A stretch of 64,000 nt of DNA, from contig NC_057719.1 of NCBI RefSeq assembly GCF_004010195.1, positions 18,257,438 through 18,321,437 on the forward strand. The letters run 5' to 3'. The notes below the pieces were generated by a model that was not told the origin of the DNA, searched no databases, and saw only the letters and a list, made by a program, of their open reading frames with translations. This DNA comes from Chiloscyllium plagiosum (taxonomy: Eukaryota). How positions within the stretch are numbered: the stretch's first letter is position 1; each line of letters begins with the position of its first letter. This document shows positions 11,670-22,712 of this stretch, piece by piece. A program made the position numbers and the translations under genes.

Positions 11670-12440
11670 CATTTATTCAAAGTAACATTCACATCACTAC
11701 ACAACTGCCAGGGAATGACCATCTCCATTAAGAGAAATTTGAACCACTGCTCTTGACATTCAATGTCAGTACCAATATTGAATCCTCCATTATCAACATC
11801 CTGAAGGTCACCATTGATCAGAAAGTCAACTGGATTTGCTGTATAAATACAATGGCTACAAGAGCAGTTCAGAGGCTAGGACTACTGGGGTGAGCAAGGT
11901 GAAGGCAAAGTTGCTGTCATCCTACAAGTTCATAAGGCTGTTCCCCTCAATGGAAAGAGATAATTGATAGTGGTTTAACCTGAAGGCCACAACCTATCAG
12001 GTAAGGGGAGAGGTTGGGAAGAAGAGTCCTACATGGTAACCTTGGCTATTGTGGGAACTCAACTCCTGATTCCTCAAAGCTTGTTCACCATCTAGAAGGC
12101 ACAAGTCAGGAGTGTAATGAAATACTTCTCACTTGGCTAAATAAGTCAGTTCCAACAACACACATGAAGCTTGATACCATCCAAGACAAAGCAGCCCATT
12201 GATTGACACCATCAACAAAGCTCCAGTGCCTCCACTATGCTCAGTGGCAGTAGTGTGTAACGTCAGGATGGAAATATCTTCCATTCTTTCACTGTTGCTG
12301 GGTCAATATCCTGGGAAGTCTCTCCCAAACAGCATTGTGGGTCTACTTACAGCAGGTGGACTGCAGCGGTTTAAAAAGGCAGCTCACCACCATCTTGTCA
12401 AGGGCACTGAGAGATGTGCATTAAGTGCTAGCCCATCCAC
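11670..12440 (+). mobile_element. Old CR1/L2-type LINE 3' fragment with a nested short insertion (~11895-12065)
   Basis: Degenerate ORF pieces THMKLDTIQDKAAH and GLQRFKKAAHHHL; same family as 9920-10770. Confidence 0.7.
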
Positions 12441-13049
12441 TGTTACTTAGCATATTCTTTCCAAGTTAAGCTGACACTTCCCATTTCATTTTCACAGTTT
12501 CAGTTTTCATCATTTTTCATTAATTAATACTTTTGGCTTCAAATCTGAAATAGAATTCCTGCATCTCCAATGTTGAGTATGTCTACAAAACGCCTGATGA
12601 TCCTTTCAGTGCCAAATACTTCTCCTCACATTCATTTGAAACTCATTAAAGCACTACTAATCCAGAGTTAAACATAACTCCCTCATGTGGCAATGTTCTT
12701 CTAAAACCTCACTTATTCTTTTCTCAACATATTAAGTTATCTTTTCTTTTTCTCCATTATCATCATGACAAAGGACAGGGTTTCTCTGAATTTCTCCTGA
12801 GCTTCAAAGGAACTGGCAAATGTGCACTTTTACTGCTAATGGGAATCCCTAACACCCCAATAAACCGAACTAAAGGGCCTGACTCTAAAACTGTGGACGC
12901 CCCTCCCTCCTCTATTTTTTTGTTTATTCTGACTTATTGGTGTGGATAGCAAACTGCCAATACATCCTTTGCAAAAGGGACAAATGGATCCACTAGAAGA
13001 ACAGGCATGGGATGAGGGTAATCCCTTTGCAGATGTACCATCAGGAGTA

Positions 13050-14512
13050 TTTGATTTGATTTGAATTGACACATGCACCTCAGGACAGTGAAATGTTTTT
13101 GTTTTATGTGCAGTACTGGCAATCATACCATACAAAGTGCAAAGGTAATAGAACAGAGCAAGGAGTACAATGTTACGGCTGCAGAGAAGGTGCACAAACA
13201 GCGAGATCAACATTAAGTTTAAAAGTTGAGCAATCCATTTAGAAGTCTTATAACAATGGGGAAGTAGCTGTTCTTGAATCTATTTGAATGTTTATACAAA
13301 CCTTTATATTTTTTGCCCGACAGAAGAGGGTGGAAGAGAGTATAACCAGGGTGGGAAGGATCTTTGATTTTGTTGGTTGCTTTCCTGAGACAGCAGTAAG
13401 TATAGATGGAGTCAATGGATAGAAGATTGGTTTGTGTGATGGACTGGGCTGTGTTCACGATGCTCTGCAGTCTCTTGTGGTCTTGAGAAGAGCGGCTGCT
13501 AAACCACACTGTGATGCATCCAGATAGGATGCTTTCGATGATGCATTTATTAAAAATTGTCCCTGTGGTCAGATCAAATTTCCTTAGCCCTCCTGAGGAA
13601 ATAGAGATGTTGTTGTGCTTTCCTCACCATTGTGCCAACATGGCTAGCCCATGAAGTGATCATCACTTCCAGGAACTCTAAACTCTCCCCGATCTCCATT
13701 TCAGCACCATTGATGCAGCCAGAGCTAGGCCTTCCCCTCTAATTCTTGAAGTCAATAACTAGCTCTTTCATTTTGCTGACATTAATGGTGAGATTGTTTT
13801 CTTTACTCCGCTAAGCACTCAATCTCTTTTCCTTTATTCTGTCTCGTTGTTTGCAATCAGCCCTTCAATGGTGGTGTCATCAGCAAACTTGCAAATGGAG
13901 TTGGGGCAGAATTTGGCCACATACATAGAACATAGAACATAGAAGAATACAGCGCAGTACAGGCCCTTCGGCCCTCGATGTTGCGCTGATCCAAGCCCAC
14001 CTAACCTACACTAGCCCACTATCCTCCATATGCCTATCCAATGCCCGCTTAAATGCCCATAATGAGGGAGAGTCCACCACTGCTACTGGCAGGGCATTCC
14101 ATGAACCCACGACTCGCTGAGTAAAGAACCTACCCCTAACATCTGTCCCATACCTACNNNNNNNNNNNNNNNNNNNNNNNNNNNNNNNNNNNNNNNNNNN
14201 NNNNNNNNNNNNNNNNNNNNNNNNNNNNNNNNNNNNNNNNNNNNNNNNNNNNNNNNNNNNNNNNNNNNNNNNNNNNNNNNNNNNNNNNNNNNNNNNAATA
14301 AATGCCAGTACGCCATATGCCTTCTTCACCACACTATTTACCTGGGTGGCAACTTTCAAAGATCTGTGTACATGGACACCAAGATCCCTCTGCTCATCCA
14401 CACTACCAAGTATCCGACCATTAGCCCAGTACCCCATACCTGTGAGTGTATGAGGAGTATAGTCAGGGACTGAGTCCACAGAATTGTGGGACACTGGTGT
14501 TGAAGAGGATAA
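13050..14512 (-). mobile_element. Rex1/Babar-clade LINE 3' part, interrupted by a CR1
   Basis: ORF 13219..13509 (QDHKRLQSIVNTAQSIT...IKDPSHPGYTLFHPLLSGKKY...RFKNSYFPIVIRLLN); KFADDTT at ~13870-13890; VPQFCGLSP*LYSSYTH at ~14440-14500; (tcaaa)n tail at ~13050. Confidence 0.85.
13921..14434 (-). mobile_element. Young CR1 3' fragment nested in Rex1; contains an N gap
   Basis: (catagaa)n tail; ILGSVDEQRDLGVHVHRSLKVATQV; GRFFTQRVVGSWNALP. Confidence 0.92.
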
Positions 14513-14544
14513 GGGAGACATTTAACTGAAGAAAATATACTAGG

Positions 14545-14675
14545 TAAAAATAAGGAATTGTAGATGCTGGAAACCAGATTCTAGATTAGAGTGGTGCTGG
14601 AAAAGCACAGCAGTTCAGGCAGCATCTGAAGAGCAGGAAAATTGACCTTTTGGGCAAAAGCCCTTTATTCCAGGA
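14545..14675 (-). mobile_element. PLE-derived family C element with decayed hammerhead
   Basis: gtggtgctggaaaagcacagcagttcaggcagcatc...ttgggcaaaagccctt; homologous to 42960. Confidence 0.75.
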
Positions 14676-14684
14676 AAGATGGGC

Positions 14685-14850
14685 ATGATTTGAAGGTGCC
14701 GGTGTTGGGCTGGGGTGTACCAAGTTAAAAAAAGGTGACATCAGGTTATAGTCCAACAGGTTTATTTGGAAGCACTAGCTTTCGGAGTGCTGTTCCTTCA
14801 TCAGGTGGTTGTGACACAGAATAAGGTCGCAAGACACAGAATTTATAGCA
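14685..14850 (-). mobile_element. PLE-derived family B element
   Basis: Homologous to 32531-32757; carries the intact-core hammerhead at 14773-14807. Confidence 0.8.
14773..14807 (-). ncRNA. Minimal type-I hammerhead ribozyme motif (family B)
   Basis: CAC-CUGAUGA-A-GGA-ACAGCAC-UCC-GAAA-GCUA-GUG: stem I CAC/GUG, stem II GGA/UCC, palindromic AGCU, CUA triplet. Confidence 0.75.
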
Positions 14851-15692
14851 AAAGTAATAGAGTGTAGCTGGGGTTGTTGCTCTTCAAGAAGATAAGGTTG
14901 AAAGAAGATTTAATAAATAACTGTGATGGGTCTAAATGCAGAGAGGACTGTTTGCATTGACAGAAGGGTCGGGAAGAAAAAGAAACTGTTGAGAGGTGAG
15001 TAGTGAAAGAAATAATGGTGTCATGAGGAAGCATCTTTCTTCAACACCTTTACTTGAGGCTGAGGGAGGCAGGGCTTTCAAAATGGAGGAAGTAATAGTA
15101 TGAAAAAGTGTGGGGAAGAGGAAATAGCTGAATTGTTCCTGTAGTGGGCCAGCAAGGACACAAGAGGACAATAGTCTCCTTCAGGACATAATCATTCTTT
15201 TAATTGTAGTAAAATTTTAAACTAGGTTGCTGTGCAGAAAGAAGAAAGCCTGATTTGTGATGAAGGTAGTTTTCAGAAAGTAGATCCTTGTGCCTTTTGA
15301 TTAGTAAGCCAGATGAAGAATTAGAACAAATCATTTTATAGCTTTAAGCTTCGGTCAATTCTTTTCTTCTTTTTTAATTGGCAGATTGGAATTGACGCTA
15401 AGCAGAAGGCAGGGTTAGAATTTCCATTTCATTCATTTTCTCTCATAAACACTTGCATTTTTTAAAAGTCTCTGCTTTGTTCTCCATATGAGAACATTTA
15501 GTGTTAAGCTCCTGTTGAGTGCAATGTCAGAAAAAAATTATCGCAAAACTGCCTCAATGTAAATCCCATAAATGTAATATGCACTGTGAAAATGGAGCTG
15601 ATAAATAGATTCTATGTAACTTTCTAAACTTTAATGTGATGGGAACAGGTTAAAAAAGCAATGAATCTGTTTTGTAAAATGTAGAATGGATA

Positions 15693-16112
15693 TCAGAAAT
15701 AAAAACAGAAAATGCTGCAGGTATTCAGGTCTGTGCAGAGAGAAACAGACCTCGTGTTACATATCATCAAACTACCATCAAAACTGGAAAAAAAGGTTGG
15801 TGGTGTAAGAGATCTACTGAGACAGGGAAAGGAGGAGTGGACAGCACAGAACAAAAGAGAAGGTCTGTAATAGGCTGAAAAATAGGAGCTATTCAAAAGA
15901 GGTGAGGTGGTAAAGTGTGCTATACCATGAAGAATCAAAAACTGGATCCTGTGAAGATGTAAATGGGAACTAGCTGAATCATTATCAAAAGTAGATGTGC
16001 AGAAAGTAATGGAGAGAGAAAAAATGCTCTGAAATTGTTGAACACTGTTTTAAAGCTGATTTGCTCTAAAAACATAATTCAAAAATGAGGGGCTGTTACT
16101 TGAGCTTACAAT
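15693..16112 (-). mobile_element. Longer Penelope-like 3' fragment: decayed ORF C-terminus plus family A-like terminus
   Basis: Minus translation of 16110-16021 gives CKLK*QPLIFEL...(frameshift)TVFNNFR, resembling the PLE GIY-YIG-domain tail RKLEEQHLIFRLG...NIEFNNFR. The left end resembles family A (cagaaataaaaacagaaaatgctg). Confidence 0.6.
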
Positions 16113-16182
16113 AAACTATGTGTAAATTAGCTGTCAGATGTCCTAAATACAATGGTAGCTCCTTTACAAAAGGGCATTATTG

Positions 16183-16385
16183 ACTCCAGAGATGGAAATG
16201 TGTTGCTGGAAAAGCGCAGCAGGTCAGGCAGCATCTAGGGAACAGGAGAATCGACGTTTCGGGCATTAGCCCTTCTTGAGGCAAACGTGGGTACTGCAGT
16301 GGGTCCTACTCCTGATGAAGGGCTCCTGCCCAAAATGTCCATTTTACTGCTCCTCGGATGCTGCCTGACTTGCTGTGCTTTTCCA
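16183..16385. mobile_element. PLE-derived family C fold-back element with two decayed hammerheads
   Basis: Arms ~16204-16281 and ~16311-16388 are reverse complements; near-TSD gcattattg (16174-16182) / gcattactg (16386-16394). Confidence 0.8.
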
Positions 16386-17705
16386 GCATTACTGTAATCT
16401 GAGTTCAATCACTTCTAATTTTGATCCAAGCTCTTTGCTCAAGTTGCAACTGATGCAATATTGCAATTGGTATGTCAAGTACCCATGACACTGGGTCTGC
16501 AAAGTTATTGCAATTTTTGACACATTAATTAAGGAGAGACGTAGGAAAAATGGATGTGGTCTTTCTGCACTGTAACTTGAATTGGAATCCATATGATTCT
16601 GGAAAAAGTGTTATAAAGCCATAAAATATCATTTTAACTGGAAAAAAGATATTCATTATTCCAATTTGTGAGTGTAGACAATATAGATCTTTGTTCAATT
16701 TGTTTAAACACTTTCATACCCATCCTCACTTGCAAACATTCCAAGCAACAACCTGACATAGTGTAATAATAGTGTCATTAATAGTTTAAACTAAATCCTT
16801 TAGCTCGCAATAGGTTAATGTCTCAAAACTGGCTAATAAATGGGTATGAAACAATGAAAAAGATACTGCTTGGAGGCAAAATATGGGGGATGATGAAACA
16901 TAAAGGCATATAAAGGAGACAATCTACTTGCTAAAGGCTGACCAAGCATTCTGACTGATAGAGTCCTCTTAATTGCTAATAATTCTACCTTCCTTCATTA
17001 TATCTTACACCTTTGCCCTCTGATTCAATTACCAGTTACTGAGAAGTAAGAGAAAGACAATCGGTTTGCCACAATCTGACCATTGTTTAGTCTAGAGCTG
17101 TCACATGACCGAACATATCTGTATGACCATTTTACTGACCTGAACTCTTTTGCTAAATTGACTTCATCTGTTTATTCTTGGGACTATTCAACAAAGTGAC
17201 CTTGAAAATAATGTGCAGCCTTGCTAGTTAGTCTCTCATGTTATAAAGCGTACATTTCAAACTTTAAAGGGCTCTGCTTTTCTTTCCCACCAACAGGATA
17301 ACTGCTGTTTTTAGAAGAACGAGAAGCAATGGCAATTTGACCTGCTACTGTTTCAGAAGAAGTAGGGCTAAACCAGGAAGGAAACTGATTCTGAGGGAAT
17401 TTGGTACCCTCAATGGGAGAAAGACCCCACCCTGTTCAAGCAACAGCAGAACTGAGTACTTGGCTCAGGTAGGACTGTAAGCACCTCTAAATAGAACACC
17501 GATAATGACCAGACCAGGACTTTTGGCTAAAGATTAATTGCTTTTCTGAGATATTGGGCAGGTTCATTTTGAAGGCCAGGGAAGGCAGAAAGAAAGGTGA
17601 TGGTGGAGTGGGGTTGGGGGGAGGGGTCAATAATCAAAGGCTGGGCTGGGTGTGGTGGGAGACATGAGGTCCTTTCATGGTTTTGAGGAGAAAAGGTCCT
17701 TCTGA

Positions 17706-17878
17706 CTCTCTCACACACACATGCACACACTTACACATATACACTCACAAGAACACACACACACATTCACACAGATGCACACATGTGCACACGCATGCGT
17801 AAACATTAATGCATACATGCATGTGAATACACACACTCACACACACATGCATTCACAAAAACGTGCACACACTCATAC
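17706..17878. repeat. Degenerate (CA)n microsatellite
   Basis: Directly visible. Confidence 0.9.
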
Positions 17879-18480
17879 CATTCTTAAAGTTGTACCAGTC
17901 TTCCTCTATTTTACCGCCTGTATTTTGTATTCCTAGTTGATGGTGAAAGAAAATATCATCATTGCAGCTCATTTCAAACTAACTAAAACTGACAAGTGAA
18001 ATCAAAAAGACAAAGCCTTCTTATGCCTGTTTGAACTGGCTAGTTCATTGGTTCCATTTAAATGAGGCGGTGTCCTTTAAAAATGCTGCATTGATTTTGC
18101 TGCAAGCACAGGTAGATATTATTTCATTTCTAGTTGTCTGGCATCCAAAGGTGGCCTCAACGGAGAATCGCAGCTGCCAGACTCCTGGGTGTGTTCGATC
18201 AGCTGTTTTGCAGCATTGACTCTTGGTTTCTTTTGGGGGTAAAAGGTGTTTTTCTTCACCTTTGCCTTTGGGGGTGACTTTTAAGGATGGTCTTGGCGAC
18301 TCCATTAATGGGGGAGAGCATGTGCTGTGAGCTGATGCTGTGGCTTCAAGAATTGACCAACTCATCTGTCACAGTCTCCATCATTCTTCTGTGAACAGAT
18401 GTTTAGCCTCTAAGTGACTGTTTCCAGGTTAGTTAGTCCTCTGTCCTCCTGAGGGCACTGTCACTGCCCCTTCATGTTGT

Positions 18481-18643
18481 TAGAGTCATAGGGTTTTACA
18501 GCACGTAAACAGACTGTTCTGTCTAACTCGTCCATGCCGGCCAGACACCCTAAATTAATCCTGTCCTATTTGCCAGCAGTTGGTCCATATTCCTCCAAAC
18601 CATTCCCATTCATGCACCCACTCAGATGCCTTTTAAATGTTGC
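18481..18643 (-). mobile_element. CR1 3' end fragment
   Basis: Reverse complement of the HER1-like 3' UTR (agagtcatag...ctcgtccatgcc...gatgccttttaaatgttg). Confidence 0.85.
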
Positions 18644-20194
18644 GGACTTCTGCATTATGTCCCTACCTCTGAGCCAGGGGTTCAAGTTCCGCTAACTTCT
18701 GATGTATGGAATAACATCTCTGAACAGGTTGATCAGAAAATACCTATTTAACCTTCGACAAAAAAATATGAAGAGGCATTGCCCCTTTACGTTCAACACC
18801 AGGGAGGTACGGCTGCCAATTTCCCATTCAGAATGTGAATGTTGTTAACGAATGCTGCAAATCTGGAATTAAAATAAAGTGGTGAAAGTATGCAGTAGCT
18901 CCTTCTGAAAGTTGACAGGGTCCAACAAAGGTGCTTATAGACGGGAATCATTGGCCCCAGCTTTCTCTTTCTGTGTGCTGATGAGCCTGTTGTGTACTTC
19001 CTTCCCATTTCTGATCTTAATTCATATTCAGAGTACCATCCTTTTCCCCCTCTGATAGTGAGTTCAATGCTTTCTGGCGATGGCTGCCATTTTCTTGCTT
19101 CATTTTGCTGTTCCATGCCAATTATAAAAAATATATAAATCAGGAGGACCAGGTTCAGCATTTACAATGTGAGACCCCGAACTGCAAAATAAATGCATCC
19201 TCTTCTCCATTCCTCTACCCACCATTTCTAGAAGAAAACAACACAATTATTTTTTAAAAATTCCGTTCTGTCTGCAGCATTATCAATTCATAATATTGGG
19301 TTTTGGCTGGCAGTGCAATCTGAGACCCTCAGAGTCATTACAAGGAAGATTAATTCCTAGCATGTTTGTAAATATAATTTGTTCCTCCCAGTCCGAAGGC
19401 CTGAGTTAAGCACTTTAGGTATCGGGCTGCTGAGCTAACATCTGTCAGAGACCAGGGAGCTCAACGCAGGGAGTGAACCAAACCATTGGACTCCATGCAT
19501 GGTGGTTAATTGCAGTCTTGGCAGGTAGCTAGGTTTACAAATCTTTTGTAGAAACTAATATCTCTGCTCCACACCATTTTCCTCTGAGCATACCTATTAA
19601 CAGCTCAGAGGCCATCTGAGTTTCCTTTTCAAGTTTTGCCACTAGCTGTGCAGCTTGTGTGGCTCCTACAAGATGTTGCTAGAAAATTGCTGCTGGCAAA
19701 ACAGTTCATGCGAAGCAAGAAAATACTTAATTTTTTTTCATATTTGTTAAAAATTGAACATTTTACCTGCTGTCGTGACTCAGCCTGAAAGCAGAACGGG
19801 AAGTAGAATTAATAATCGGCATTTTATACCCACATCCAGCCTGAAACATTCCTCAGCAACTGATTTTGCTTGCCTACCCTTCTGTCCCAAATCTGACTTC
19901 AATTTCCCTTTCTCCTGAACTCTGTCTCATCCCAGAGTACAGTCAGTGGTGCCTCGACACATGATCCGAACTGTGTTTCTCAAATGGAATTCTGAATTAA
20001 ATTGCCACCTTTAGAGTAACAAGTCTCGGTGCCTCAGTGAGGCTAACAAAGCAGGGTTGAATTTTTCTGTGTCTGATAACATATGCGTAATGATTGATGC
20101 TGACTGTCTTCGATTATTCAGGCCTGGCTGTGGACTCATGGCAAAGTAAACAAATTGTCAGAGGAGCGGGAGAACTGAAGCAGGGAGCAGATGC

Positions 20195-20310
20195 AGGTGG
20201 TTCTCCTACAGCGCGGTAGTTGCATTCCCTTGCAATGTTGTGTTATAGAAAATCATGCAATAGAAATAATGAGGCCCATGGGAAAAACAGGGTTTGGGGT
20301 AAATCACCAA
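20195..20310. mobile_element. Possible Tigger/pogo-like DNA transposon terminus
   Basis: caggtggttctcctacagcgcggtagttgcattcc resembles TcMar-Tigger termini; no partner end found. Confidence 0.3.
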
Positions 20311-21039
20311 AAATATCAGTAAAAACTGAAACAAAGATAGTAGTTAGCTTGACATAAATGATAGCAAAATCTAAATAAATTTTTAAATCCTATGTTTCAA
20401 TGAAATAATGCAGTAAATTTAATACTTTAAGAGGTTTCAGAACCTGCTGAGTTACAGTACAGAACTGTTTTAAGATGGGATGAGAGTTATCATCAGCGTC
20501 ATCATTACTTTCAAAACAACAGGACCTAACATCACTGAGTACTGCACTGTACGTTTCTGGAAACTCTTTACCAGAAAGCACGAGAGCCGACTGACCACGT
20601 GATGTCAATATGGAGTCCAGTCCTCTGCGCACCCCAACACCTAGTGCCAGGGATGGGATTGCACCATAACTAATAATAGATTGCTTCATAAAAAGAAGGG
20701 TCAGCAATTCACAAATCATATGACAGGCAAATCAAGTTTACAAAACGTGTGCTAATATTAAAGCTCTGTCAATTGAACCTGTCACCCATAGAGAAAGTTG
20801 TCTCACCTCTGAATTGCTGTGTGAGATGTACGGACTATTCAACAGTCTCTATTAGAGGGCTAATGCAGAAGGGAATACCAAGTTTGCAAATGGCAAGCAA
20901 AGATTTGCAGAAATCAGCAGGGACTTGAAATTCCATCCAGCGGCGGAGACTGTTTCAGAAATAATAGATGCACAGAGCTTAATATTGGACTTCACCCCAC
21001 CCTAGAAAGTTCATTCTTTTACCTCAGAACAAGGTTCAT

Positions 21040-21400
21040 CATGTCAACTGATAAATCCACAAAAATAGACTGGGCCATTGTGAGGCAACAATTAATTGAA
21101 AGGATGGCAAAGAATGCACTGATAATCTTAGGAAGATGGCAGTGAATGGTAAGGAGTTCATGGCAGAAGTTATTCAGCTTAGCTTCGGGGATTGAACTTG
21201 ATGCGATATCCTTTGAGAGCACTGGAGAAGGAGGTTGAGGTTACTGATCTGGTAGAGTCAGTGATAGGCATTACAATGAGTACAGTGAAGGATACCAAAG
21301 GCAAAACTGAGGGAGGTTGTATGTTCATCAAGAGGAGACTCAAGCATAGGACAGAAACTAGATGCTGTACAATGAACAGCTCAACTCTTCATACCTGATC
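21040..21400 (-). mobile_element. Very old L2-like LINE remnant
   Basis: Minus strand ctctaccagatcagtaacctcaacctccttctccagtgctctc loosely resembles the YRPISNLPFLSKVLE coding region. Confidence 0.35.
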
Positions 21401-22159
21401 AGTTACCTGCAAACATGAAATGGGAGCGTTTTTAAACTTATTCTCCTGTGTGAGATTGGTGCTTCTGGCAAGACCAAGATGTTATCCATCTCTATTCACT
21501 CTTGAATTGAGTGGGTTTGCCAAGTTATTTCAGTGGCAAGTTTAGAATCAAACATATTGTTGCTCTGGAGTTTCAAGACTATATTAGAATGGCAGGTTTT
21601 CTGCCCTGAAGGAATGCTGTGAGATATTCACTGCTCATCCAACAACATAACCACCCTCAAGGAATTCCATCCAGCCAGGACTACTTATTGGACCAACAGT
21701 ATTGCCTTCGCACTCAACATCAACCTTCCATTAGTGGTGCTTTGTGACTGCAGTAGCTGCTATGTGCATGAAGTTCTGTCATAACAGAACAGACAACTTT
21801 GCAAGTATCCCATTACTTTGACCACCAAGGAGGACTAGACCAGCAATGTGAGGGGAAAACCATTAGCCTCAGACTCTCCTTGCCCCATCCTGATTTAGCC
21901 ATATACTTCATCATTGCTAAAATTCTCTATGCTTTATCATTTTGTGGCTACTATGGTCAAAAAGACTGCCATGTTTAAGGAGCTGGCCCAGCAGCACCTT
22001 CCCAAGGCAATTAGTGGTGGGTAATAAATACGACTTTGCTTTAATTATTGACATCTGCAGAACAAATAAATACATTATTAAAAGGAAAGATAGTTTTGTG
22101 GAATTATTTCAACAACTGTGACCTACACTACTTTTTGAAATTAATTATAGAATCATAGA

Positions 22160-22250
22160 AGGTTAAAATCGGCTCATGCCCGAAACGTCGATTCTCCTGC
22201 TCCTTGGATGCTGCCTGACCTACTGCCTTTTTCTGCAACACATTTTCAGC
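22160..22250 (+). mobile_element. Truncated PLE-derived family C element inserted in a CR1 tail
   Basis: ggctcatgccc-gaaa-cgtc-gattc (3' half of the hammerhead) plus body; 14-bp duplication tatagaatcataga at 22146-22159 and 22251-22264. Confidence 0.8.
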
Positions 22251-22712
22251 TATAGAATCATAGAGTTATACAGCATGGAAACAGAGCCTTTGGCTCTATT
22301 CAACCATGCTGACCACATCTCCTAACCAAACTAGTCCCATTTGCAAGCTTTTGGCCCATATCCCTCAGTACCATACCTATCTATGTAATTGTCCAAATGT
22401 CTTTTGAATGTTGTAATTGTACCTGCCTCGACCACTTCCTTTGACAACTCGTTCCATAAATGCACGCCACCCTCTGCGTAAAAAAGTTGCTCCTTAGGTC
22501 CCTTTTAAATCTTTCCCTTCTCACCTTAGTTTTAGACTGTCCTGCCCTCGGGAAAAGACCAGTGCTATTCAATGTCCCTCATGGTTTTATGAACTTCTAT
22601 AAGGTCACCCCTCAAGCTTCTAGGCTCCAGGGAAAGAAAGTCCCAGCATATCCAGCCTCTCCTTACAACTCAAACCTTGCAGTCTGGGTAACGTCCTTGT
22701 AAATCTTTTTGC
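22251..22712 (-). mobile_element. CR1 3' fragment
   Basis: RERFKRDLRSNFFTQRVA; tagaatcataga tail. Confidence 0.9.

Noticed and set aside
18045..19161. Minus-strand ORFs of 106 and 122 aa
   Set aside because: No recognisable domain or convincing splice context; lengths are compatible with chance.
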